DNA of 20,000 nucleotides from an uncultured virus (IMG/VR IMGVR_UViG_3300028275_000622) (Duplodnaviria > Heunggongvirae > Uroviricota > Caudoviricetes), in the IMG/VR virus record IMGVR_UViG_3300028275_000622; one strand, 5' to 3'. The notes beneath the pieces were generated by a model. It had not been told where the DNA came from. It made no database searches and saw nothing but the letters and a program-made list of their open reading frames with translations. The translations under genes were made by a program, and so were the position numbers. Position 1 is the stretch's first letter; the number at the start of each line of letters is the position of its first letter. This document shows positions 10,333 through 17,986 of this stretch, in pieces.

Positions 10333-11633
10333 GCAAAACTCTTGTAATACCCCAGAAATCAAAACTTTATGTGCAGTCTCAGGGAGTGGCGTGCAACATC
10401 GCAGCAACCGTGCACTACATGCGTTACAGCATGGATTCTGAGAATAATGAGACATACAAGGAACTTGTATCCTACTCTCAGCCATCCCAGAACAATGTAA
10501 ATACAATTCTTAGTACAAGTAGTACTTCTGGTGAAAAAAGAGTAGTTAGGGAATTTTACTTTTATAATACTGCTGGAAGCACACAGTCTTTCTCACTGCG
10601 AATCAGGTCTTATACCGACATTACACTTGCTGCTGGAACATCATCAGGCCAATTAGACGACCCTGCAAATTACACAGACACGAACCTGATTGATTTTGTA
10701 ATACCATCGCACAAAGTTTGGAGATTTTCTGAAGCTTTTCTACTTAGTTACCCGTCAGTAATAGTACTGAGCAAGGAAAGCAATTTTGATGAAATTTCCG
10801 TTGTTTTAGCTGCCACAGGAAGTGATGTTTTAACGTCAGATGACAGGTTGCACATCACAGTTTCCCATGGTGAGGTGCAGGATAGTTCTGAAACAATCAT
10901 TAATGAAAGACTTGAGCAAAAAATAGTCGCAGTTGATGGGAATACTCAAGTTTTTAGTGTTTTTAAGCTGCCTTCTACAGCTTCTAGAAGCCCTAATAGC
11001 AGTGTTATACGCCAGATTACCATGTACAACGAATCTGGCAAAACAATGCACATAAAGCTTGGTTTCGGCCCACCAACAAGCACTACATTAAACGGCTATC
11101 TCTACGATGGGGACATAGCAAGTACTGAGTCTTGGTGGAGTGATGCAAACACATTTCAACACATTGAGGATTACATACCATCCAGCGGTGGTAGTGGTGC
11201 TTACAGCCTGAATGCTGTTTCACCTCTGCAATACATTAGTGCAACACAAACAGTGAGGATAAATAGGTCAGGTGCTGCTGATGGACAGGCACTAATTTGG
11301 GACAACTCCAGTAATGAGTGGAAACCCGGAGATGTGCAACCGTTGTTGACACCGATTGCGCCCATAGAGTATGATTTAACTAATCTAGAGATCCGTTTAG
11401 GGCAAGATGGTGCGACAGCAAATCAAGTTCTGGCTTGGCGTGAATCCACAGAAGGTGCAAATGACTTCAGGTGGAGGCCCACCAATGCATCTGGAATAGG
11501 TGGTGGTAGTGGTGGTGGGGGTAGTGGTGGTGGTTCTTACAACGGTATTCAAATTCCAAATCTTGATGGTGGTACTGCTGACACTGTGTACGGAGGCATA
11601 GCACCATTTGATGCAGGTAATGCAAACCCATAG
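10329..11633 (+). CDS. Fibre-associated protein, 434 aa (tandem beta domains, fibre repeats, Gly/Ser linker, C-terminal DGG motif)
   Basis: The ATG at 10329 forms an ATGA overlap with the fibre stop, so it is preferred over 10317. Two related domains end in RVVREFYFYNTAG and SVIRQITMYNESG. GQALIWD/NQVLAW repeats. Ends LDGGTADTVYGGIAPFDAGNANP. Confidence 0.75.
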   Translation: MSKTLVIPQKSKLYVQSQGVACNIAATVHYMRYSMDSENNETYKELVSYSQPSQNNVNTILSTSSTSGEKRVVREFYFYNTAGSTQSFSLRIRSYTDITLAAGTSSGQLDDPANYTDTNLIDFVIPSHKVWRFSEAFLLSYPSVIVLSKESNFDEISVVLAATGSDVLTSDDRLHITVSHGEVQDSSETIINERLEQKIVAVDGNTQVFSVFKLPSTASRSPNSSVIRQITMYNESGKTMHIKLGFGPPTSTTLNGYLYDGDIASTESWWSDANTFQHIEDYIPSSGGSGAYSLNAVSPLQYISATQTVRINRSGAADGQALIWDNSSNEWKPGDVQPLLTPIAPIEYDLTNLEIRLGQDGATANQVLAWRESTEGANDFRWRPTNASGIGGGSGGGGSGGGSYNGIQIPNLDGGTADTVYGGIAPFDAGNANP

Positions 11634-11641
11634 GAGTATGT

Positions 11642-11881
11642 ATGGCAATTCCAATTCAATTACGCCGTGACACAAGTGAAAACTGGGCACTAATAAACCC
11701 AACTCTCTCTGAAGGAGAATTGGCTTACGAGACTGACACTGGGAAAATGAAAATTGGGAACGGCAGTGCAACGTGGACTTCACTTGCATATCTAGTACCG
11801 GGCAGTGCAAATGCTTACACGTTTGGCACTACTGCTCCAACAGGAACTGCACCATCCAACGGATTATACTTCCAATACTAA
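11642..11881 (+). CDS. Stand-alone Mtd-N-like domain protein, 79 aa
   Basis: IQLRRDT..NW...NPTL.EGELAYETDTGKMKIGNG...W.SLAY is the canonical Mtd-N/hyaluronidase-N motif. AGGAG SD at 11632-11636. Confidence 0.85.
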   Translation: MAIPIQLRRDTSENWALINPTLSEGELAYETDTGKMKIGNGSATWTSLAYLVPGSANAYTFGTTAPTGTAPSNGLYFQY

Positions 11882-11889
11882 GGTGATTT

Positions 11890-14800
11890 ATGGCTTATGA
11901 ATGGCCTGAATTTAATTCAACATCAGGTTTTATTACAACACTGAATGTTCAATTTAAAGATGCATCTGAAAATGTAATTAATGCTACTGGCACGTTTTCT
12001 GTTGGTCTTGGAGATCCATCAAATAGTGGGTGGGTACATTTTAATAGGTTCAATAATAATTATGGGAATTATGGGGTTGGAATTGGAGTACCATTCCTTT
12101 CAGACCACCCTATAAATATTACACCTGTTAATAATACAGGAGATGTCCTGTCACCACTTGGTTGGTCACAGGGGGACCTTTTTAAATATGTAACCATAAC
12201 AAGAACATTTTTATTAAACTCAAATAATGTAACACGTACAGATACCTATAGAGTTTTGCAAAAGTACCTCAATGGAAAGACCGCATTGGTTTTACTTCCA
12301 GAAAACTCAGGTATTATTACCAGCATTAATGATACTACGGGCATTCAATCTATACAACATAAAGAAAGTTGGTTAAGCGATGTAATAATTCTAAAAGGCA
12401 TAAATTTAAGTATTTTTAAATTTTCAAAAGGTTATTATGCAAATAATGGTACTAAATACAATAATGCTGGGTTAGTTGGTTACGACTTCGCTAAAGTAGG
12501 TGTTAGCTATTATAATGAAGCAAATATAATTAATCCATTTACTGTAGGGGATACTGGAACCGGTTGGATTAATGCGGGATCTTATGGAGTAAGCCTGTAT
12601 TATCCCCTAAGAACTCTTTATTCTGAGCAGAGAACTTTATTCACAATAATTCCAGTATATAAACCCACAATAACTATTTCGCCAACCACAGGTTCTGCCA
12701 GTGGTGGTGAAACTATTACAATATCCTCAAATAGAGATATTAATGGTCACTATCAAATTTGGTCAATTGGTGCTGAAGGATATGAAATACTCCGTAGTGC
12801 TGGAATTGCCGGGTTTTCTCCCGATAGCCCAAACAAGAAAACATTTATATTTACTAATCCTCAAGATGTTAAGACATTTAGAGCAATTTTAAAATATAAT
12901 CACCGTACATTAGAATATGGGCAACAATACAGTAACCCAAATAACATAAGCTCTTCAAATCTATTTTACAAACCAATTATAATTTCAGAAACGCCCCAGC
13001 TTTGGACAGGTTCTAGTAATTCATATATTACAATTTTCGGGCAAAACGTACTTGACACAACCTCTGTAAAAATTAATGGCGTTGGGCACCAATTTTCTAA
13101 AAGTACTACCAGTAACAATACTATTTTTATATCTATTAATGAACAAACAACCAGTGGTAAAATAGAATTAACCTCTCCCGCTGGGACAGTAACATCAGTT
13201 GGTAATTTTACTTTACAGCCTGCTCCAACCGTATCCAGTTTTACACCCACTAGCGGACTTAGTGGAGCAGAAGTTATTATTACAGGTACTAATTTTGTTA
13301 GTGCTGTGGACAATCAAACCCCGGTTGTAGGTAGAGTATCTTTTGGAAATTGGACCGCTACTTTTACAGATGTTACGCCAACCACAATTCGTGCATTTGT
13401 GCCTTCTGGCGCAGTCACAGGTCCTATTTCCGTAACCACCAATGGTGGTACTGCGACATCTACTTCAAACTTTACAAGGAATTATTCTCCCACTCTTTAT
13501 GGGGTAGGTATTTACAAGGACGCAAACGGAACCGAGAATAACTCTGTTCCATATTTAGATAGTGAAAGACAATATGTCATTTGGGGAGGTGGTTTAGACA
13601 CTACTCAAAAAATTGAATTTTTCTACACAAACAATCCAAATGTAAAGTATGAGGCTACTTTTACGGTAATAGATGCATCACGTGTTTCATTTACCGTACC
13701 ATTTATGAATAATTTAACCACTGGAGGATTGGTTAAATTTACACTAACTAGCGCATACGGGACGGTAACAAAAGATAATGCAATACAACTTCAAGTTGAT
13801 TTGCGAAACATCAACTATCCCACCATATCCAGCTACCAAGCACCTTACTCAAACAACACAACTCCTGTAAACACTCTTGTTGGCGCAAACCTTTACTTTG
13901 AAAACAGTTCAACTTGGGAAAAGGCAAACGACATCTATTTTGCAAAACCTGTTACAAGGCATGATGGTTTATCAGACAGTGCTGAGTGGACAAGGGCTAC
14001 TGCTGGTTGGTTTTCCAATAATGGGGAATGGCAAAAATTCTGGCCTTCTGTGGAGAACGCTGCAAAGAAGTTTTACAAGTTTGATTGGTCTTCCGCAGGT
14101 TTTACAGAAAGGGTTGATGTACTAAAAGTTGTTCCAGACTACCCTAACCTTTACGCACTTTTATCGGAAAGTAATGGTAAGCTTACAACATCTGCGGGTT
14201 ACCCAGATAGCTGGCAAGCAATAGAGAATTGCAGGAGCATTATTGCAAAGATTAATTTGCAAACAGGAGTTATGTCTTACATTGAGGTAAAGGGTCCGAG
14301 GAATAATACAAATTGCCATATTAGTGATATTTACGTCAGTGGGGATTCAGTATATGCAGTTGGGTACGACCATGCATCAGACCCAAATTTTGGGGAAATT
14401 GCTGTAAATAACCTTCATAGGGGATTCAAAGTACCTGCAAGGTTTGTTGTTGGAATGCTGTCATCAGGCGATGTGGTTATAGTAGGGGGACAAACCCAGA
14501 GACATTTTGTAGGAGTTGTAAAAAAGTATTCAAAAAACCTTGCTTTGCAGTTTTCAAGAAAAATTAGTTCTCCTCCTGTAATTGCAGAACCAAACGGATA
14601 CGTTAATAATTTTACAACAGATGCTTTCTTTTTTAAAGCAATTCATATGCCGGGAGGTTATGCATACAACCCACTCGTGGAATTCATAAACGGTGGAAGT
14701 TTATATGAACCTAAAATTACTTTATTTAATGGAGCACTGTATGTGTTTTTCTCAAGCTCAAAAAACTATGCGAATATTGCTTATTATGGTGCATCTACAA

Positions 14801-15453
14801 ATGGTGCGTGGCGACTAAGAGAGGAAATTCTTGTTAAGAAATTAAAACCCACAAACCTTACAGAATACGTTGGGGAAACTTCTGTAAGATCTTTAATGCA
14901 GCACGATATTGCAGCAGATCCATCATTAGACTGGAATTATAGATTCCAGTTGCATCCAACATCCCCCACACATTATGACTTTTTCAAAGGTTATCATCCG
15001 ACAGTTAATAAAAGTGGATTTAGTCAGTATTCCGTTGTTGCAGATCCACAATTAAACGGCAACAACAAGATTAATTTTACCACGGGTTATTTTTGGAACT
15101 CTTTGCAAATTAATCCAACTATTAAAAGTGCATTTATGGCAAGGGATGGTGTCTTTGATTACCCATTAATTATGGGCGACCTTGAATCTACGACTGGGGA
15201 CGATGATGGCAATGGAATGTTTGTAGGGCACTACGGGAAAAACGATTTGTACTCTATTATGTGCGGTACTGAGTTTGAAAATGGTAGGGTATCCACCACA
15301 GACATTACTGCATTCTCTGACCTAAATTCATTTCTTGCAAACTACTCCACACTACCTCTTGTGTATACAAGTTCGTCTTTCCCAACAACTGCATTCACTG
15401 TTACGGAAACACCTGTAGAAAACCTGCAAATGACTGAGGTTTGCAATGCCTAG
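11890..15453 (+). CDS. IPT/TIG (Ig-like) repeat protein with a probable beta-propeller C-terminus; putative adhesin / receptor-binding protein, 1187 aa
   Basis: Clear IPT domain PTVSSFTPTSG..GAEVIITGTNF...VSFG...ATF....TTIRAFVPSGAVTGPISVTTNGGTATS, with 3-4 degenerate neighbours (nt ~12660-13890). ISDIYVSGDSVYAVG resembles a propeller blade. AGGTG SD at 11881-11885. Confidence 0.75.
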   Translation: MAYEWPEFNSTSGFITTLNVQFKDASENVINATGTFSVGLGDPSNSGWVHFNRFNNNYGNYGVGIGVPFLSDHPINITPVNNTGDVLSPLGWSQGDLFKYVTITRTFLLNSNNVTRTDTYRVLQKYLNGKTALVLLPENSGIITSINDTTGIQSIQHKESWLSDVIILKGINLSIFKFSKGYYANNGTKYNNAGLVGYDFAKVGVSYYNEANIINPFTVGDTGTGWINAGSYGVSLYYPLRTLYSEQRTLFTIIPVYKPTITISPTTGSASGGETITISSNRDINGHYQIWSIGAEGYEILRSAGIAGFSPDSPNKKTFIFTNPQDVKTFRAILKYNHRTLEYGQQYSNPNNISSSNLFYKPIIISETPQLWTGSSNSYITIFGQNVLDTTSVKINGVGHQFSKSTTSNNTIFISINEQTTSGKIELTSPAGTVTSVGNFTLQPAPTVSSFTPTSGLSGAEVIITGTNFVSAVDNQTPVVGRVSFGNWTATFTDVTPTTIRAFVPSGAVTGPISVTTNGGTATSTSNFTRNYSPTLYGVGIYKDANGTENNSVPYLDSERQYVIWGGGLDTTQKIEFFYTNNPNVKYEATFTVIDASRVSFTVPFMNNLTTGGLVKFTLTSAYGTVTKDNAIQLQVDLRNINYPTISSYQAPYSNNTTPVNTLVGANLYFENSSTWEKANDIYFAKPVTRHDGLSDSAEWTRATAGWFSNNGEWQKFWPSVENAAKKFYKFDWSSAGFTERVDVLKVVPDYPNLYALLSESNGKLTTSAGYPDSWQAIENCRSIIAKINLQTGVMSYIEVKGPRNNTNCHISDIYVSGDSVYAVGYDHASDPNFGEIAVNNLHRGFKVPARFVVGMLSSGDVVIVGGQTQRHFVGVVKKYSKNLALQFSRKISSPPVIAEPNGYVNNFTTDAFFFKAIHMPGGYAYNPLVEFINGGSLYEPKITLFNGALYVFFSSSKNYANIAYYGASTNGAWRLREEILVKKLKPTNLTEYVGETSVRSLMQHDIAADPSLDWNYRFQLHPTSPTHYDFFKGYHPTVNKSGFSQYSVVADPQLNGNNKINFTTGYFWNSLQINPTIKSAFMARDGVFDYPLIMGDLESTTGDDDGNGMFVGHYGKNDLYSIMCGTEFENGRVSTTDITAFSDLNSFLANYSTLPLVYTSSSFPTTAFTVTETPVENLQMTEVCNA

Positions 15454-15832
15454 GCCCTGTGCCTGTGACAATGTGATACCCAACAGCACTTGGGACTCCA
15501 CACAGTGCCAACTGTGTTGGTATTACCACCACAACGACAGAGTTCGCAAAGCTTGGGATGAAGACACCAAGGTGGAACTGCCACCAGCAGGTGAGCAGGC
15601 TAAAAGCCTGATCACCAGTGCAGCAAAGTGGGCATTTGCAGGGTGCAAGAGGGTTCCACTAGAAGTGCAACAGCAGAGAATGCGCACATGCGTAGAGTGT
15701 GAGTTCCTAAAAGAGCAAAACAGGTGCGGTGTATGTGGCTGTTTTATAAAGACTAAAACTAGCTGGGTCACTGAGAAGTGTCCCATAGGTAAATGGAGTG
15801 CATATGAATCCACAGGAAATGCCACCGATTGA
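15446..15832 (+). CDS. Small Cys-rich (metal-binding or disulfide) protein, 128 aa
   Basis: Motif R..TCVEC......RCGVCGCF...KT.W..E.CP.GKW, which resembles DUF6171-type phage proteins (from recall). N-terminal CAC and CQLC..YHH. GAGG SD about 6 nt upstream. Confidence 0.75.
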   Translation: MPRPCACDNVIPNSTWDSTQCQLCWYYHHNDRVRKAWDEDTKVELPPAGEQAKSLITSAAKWAFAGCKRVPLEVQQQRMRTCVECEFLKEQNRCGVCGCFIKTKTSWVTEKCPIGKWSAYESTGNATD

Positions 15833-15971
15833 GTTGCTGGATGACATCCTTATTCCAGTGCGCATGATTATTGAACGCCTGTACTGGCAGGGATTCAGGG
15901 ATGGTGCAGCATTGACAGGTTTAATCTTCTTTGTTGTTTTTATTTTGACCAATAGAGGAGTTACCAGATGA
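15804..15971 (+). CDS. Small membrane protein, 55 aa (not in the ORF track); holin/antiholin-like candidate
   Basis: MNPQEMPPIELLDDILIPVRMIIERLYWQGFRDGAALTGLIFFVVFILTNRGVTR*. GGAG SD at 15795-15798, a second in-frame ATG at 15819, ATGA overlap with the next gene, one C-terminal TM helix. Confidence 0.7.
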   Translation: MNPQEMPPIELLDDILIPVRMIIERLYWQGFRDGAALTGLIFFVVFILTNRGVTR

Positions 15972-16780
15972 AAAAACTTGCAATACCTATTCTTCTAGTT
16001 GGTGTATTCATGGTGACGAAGGAAGTGATTCCAACACTTCCTTCGTTGGACATACTTTCCAAGGTGAGGGTTAAGTGCAAAGACTGCAATTGCGACCCTT
16101 GCAAATGCGATCCGTGCAAGGATGGGAAATGCCCAACCCCAAAACCTGCACCACCTGACAAACCCAAACCAAAAAGACCATGGGGTAATCCCGCCCAACC
16201 CTCAGTTGAGGGAATAACACTGGGTGGTAAGATTGCACCAAACAACTCACCAGTGCAAATTGATTTCCCACTATCGCAGCACATTTCAAACATTGGATCC
16301 CATGTGGATGGTGCAGGTATGTGCGTGATGAGCAGCATTGAAATGGCAGCACGCTGGCAAAATATTGAATCACTGCGAGGACTGCGAGACTGGTGTGCAA
16401 AACAACCCGGTGGTGGTTACCCAAGCAAGGTTGATCGACAATTGCAGGAGTACTTCAAAAAATTAGGACAAGGGTTTGACTACGTGCAATACGAGGGCAC
16501 AGACCTGAGTTTGTTGAAGACTGCGCTACGCACGGGAAGGTTTCCTGCTGTGACATATGCAGGACGTGACAAGGTCAGGTACAGCGGAACCATTGCGCAC
16601 ATGGTGTGCCTGTGCCACTTAGACGACAGTGTTGCTGGTATATGGGACAACAATGGAACTCCGGGGGAAATCATTTGGATGAGCACTGAGGACTTTAAAT
16701 CAAGGTGGACTGATGGTGGTACAGGATGGGCAGTCGTGTGGATTGCACCACCTCCGCCTCCACCACCAATAGGGGGTTAG
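15968..16780 (+). CDS. Membrane-anchored or exported papain-fold (C39-like) cysteine peptidase, 270 aa; candidate endolysin
   Basis: N-terminal hydrophobic helix (MKKLAIPILLVGVFMV), Cys repeat and Pro linker. Putative triad GAGMC(VMSS) ... AH(MVCL) ... WD(NN). GAGGAG SD at 15955-15960. Confidence 0.7.
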   Translation: MKKLAIPILLVGVFMVTKEVIPTLPSLDILSKVRVKCKDCNCDPCKCDPCKDGKCPTPKPAPPDKPKPKRPWGNPAQPSVEGITLGGKIAPNNSPVQIDFPLSQHISNIGSHVDGAGMCVMSSIEMAARWQNIESLRGLRDWCAKQPGGGYPSKVDRQLQEYFKKLGQGFDYVQYEGTDLSLLKTALRTGRFPAVTYAGRDKVRYSGTIAHMVCLCHLDDSVAGIWDNNGTPGEIIWMSTEDFKSRWTDGGTGWAVVWIAPPPPPPPIGG

Positions 16781-16782
16781 TT

Positions 16783-17382
16783 ATGAATTTATTAAGCATT
16801 CTTTTATTACTCTGCGGACAGGAGCAAATTCCTGATGAGGATCCAATTGCAGAGATGCGAAGGATAAGCAACTACGGTGTGGATCTTTCCAAGATTGAAC
16901 GTGGCGAAAGGTACTTCTTCAATGGTGCGCAGGTTTCCAAGGGAACTGCAACACAGAAAGTTAGTGGAGTGCCTGACGATTCCACACATCTGCGGGTAAC
17001 AATTATTGGTACTGAAGAGCAACGCAAAATTGTGCTCAACGATATCAAAATTAACCCTGAGTTTGAAATATTAAGAGATCACATTGTTGTACAGGATTAC
17101 GCACCTGACCACTGGGCTGTGCAAGGTGTTGGGTTCCACACAGCAGGAACTCCAACCATCTACGTGCAGTTACCTAATGGGAAGGTGGTTCACAGACAGG
17201 ACGACTATTCCGATGGTGCAGTTGGATTGGCTGGTGCACTAAGGAAGGCCGACCCCAACTACAGAAGGGACGGTGATCCAGATCTACGGCGTACTCTGCT
17301 GAGTACATCGTTGCTGTTCGGTGGTTTTATGATTTGTTTTGCACTTCTGGTTATTTTTAGGAGGGATAAAGATGAATTTTGA
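16783..17382 (+). CDS. Exported protein with an N-terminal signal and a C-terminal TM anchor, 199 aa; possible degenerate thioredoxin-like fold; u-spanin-like topology
   Basis: The ATG at 16783 follows a GGGGG SD and is preferred over 16726. MNLLSILLLLCGQ signal. GTPTIYVQLPNGKVVHR resembles the Trx cis-Pro strand but there is no CxxC. C-terminal hydrophobic LLFGGFMICFALLVIF followed by RRDK. Confidence 0.65.
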   Translation: MNLLSILLLLCGQEQIPDEDPIAEMRRISNYGVDLSKIERGERYFFNGAQVSKGTATQKVSGVPDDSTHLRVTIIGTEEQRKIVLNDIKINPEFEILRDHIVVQDYAPDHWAVQGVGFHTAGTPTIYVQLPNGKVVHRQDDYSDGAVGLAGALRKADPNYRRDGDPDLRRTLLSTSLLFGGFMICFALLVIFRRDKDEF

Positions 17383-17560
17383 TACCACCACACTTGTTAC
17401 CGCTTTGGTGGGTGCGGTGTGCGGTTACCTCTTTGCGGAAAAGAGTAGGCCAGCAGATCATCCACTGATTGCACTTGTGCGACAGAGGCTCAAGGAAAGA
17501 GACAAACAGAGCAAGGAAGTAAATGTGGACGAAGAACTTAAAAAACTAATAGGGGGATAA
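17372..17560 (+). CDS. Small membrane protein, 62 aa (N-terminal TM, charged helical tail)
   Basis: The ATG at 17372 follows a GGAGG SD. TM segment TTLVTALVGAVCGYLFA, then a charged coiled-coil-like tail. Confidence 0.7.
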   Translation: MNFDTTTLVTALVGAVCGYLFAEKSRPADHPLIALVRQRLKERDKQSKEVNVDEELKKLIGG

Positions 17561-17562
17561 CC

Positions 17563-17724
17563 ATGAATTTACTCAATGGGTATAAAACTTATCTTGCTGC
17601 TGCTGGGCTGTTTGGACTTGCACTTTATCAGTTTTCCCAAGGACAGGTTGAGCAGGCAGTGCAAAGCTTTCTGGGTGCACTTGCTGCTGTTGGCATTAGG
17701 AATGCACTAAAAAATGTTGCGTAA
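17563..17724 (+). CDS. Putative holin, 53 aa, two hydrophobic segments (not in the ORF track)
   Basis: MNLLNGYKTYLAAAGLFGLALYQFSQGQVEQAVQSFLGALAAVGIRNALKNVA*. Has the GYKTY motif seen in small phage holin-like proteins and a basic C-terminus. GGGGG SD at 17552-17556. Confidence 0.7.
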   Translation: MNLLNGYKTYLAAAGLFGLALYQFSQGQVEQAVQSFLGALAAVGIRNALKNVA

Positions 17725-17986
17725 ATTACAGGGGGAATCTAAAGATTCCCCCGGTATTTCTACTAGGCAGATCTATGACTGGGGTGATAAAATAGACCCT
17801 AGCCTACCCACACAATTTCCACCCGGATCCCCTGAGAAAATCAGGGTAATGCAAATAAGGGTGGAGTTGGGACTTCCATTGCACCACCCAGAGGATGCAA
17901 AGAATGAGCCAATACAAATTGGTGACTATGGACCAAAGCGGATCAGAGTGGCTGGAATGGAGAAGGCAGGGGGTTGGTGGTTCTGA
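17714..17986 (+). CDS. Hypothetical protein, 90 aa, with a PTxxxPGSxEKxxV...R...GLPLxHPxD motif
   Basis: PTQFPPGSPEKIRVMQIRVELGLPLHHPEDA matches a motif I recall from Gemmataceae/planctomycete hypothetical proteins (not verified by search). Confidence 0.6.
   Translation: MLRKLQGESKDSPGISTRQIYDWGDKIDPSLPTQFPPGSPEKIRVMQIRVELGLPLHHPEDAKNEPIQIGDYGPKRIRVAGMEKAGGWWF
17731..17752 (+). terminator. Perfect inverted repeat, possible terminator or processing hairpin at the end of the late operon
   Basis: GGGGGAATCT-AA-AGATTCCCCC, 6 nt after the holin stop. Only a weak U-tract follows (ggtatttct). Confidence 0.45.

Noticed and set aside
11499..11534. G-rich GGT repeat (possible G-quadruplex)
   Set aside because: Fully explained by the encoded GGGS linker.
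7174..11881. Diversity-generating retroelement suggested by the Mtd-N domains and the 7672/8422 repeat pair
   Set aside because: No reverse transcriptase, Avd or C-type lectin variable region is seen. The repeat is short, both copies are coding, and the mismatches are not adenine-specific.
11631..11892. Stop-codon readthrough or alternative genetic code joining the fibre genes
   Set aside because: The adjacent ORFs are in different frames and each has its own SD. TAA, TAG and TGA all end genes normally in this window.
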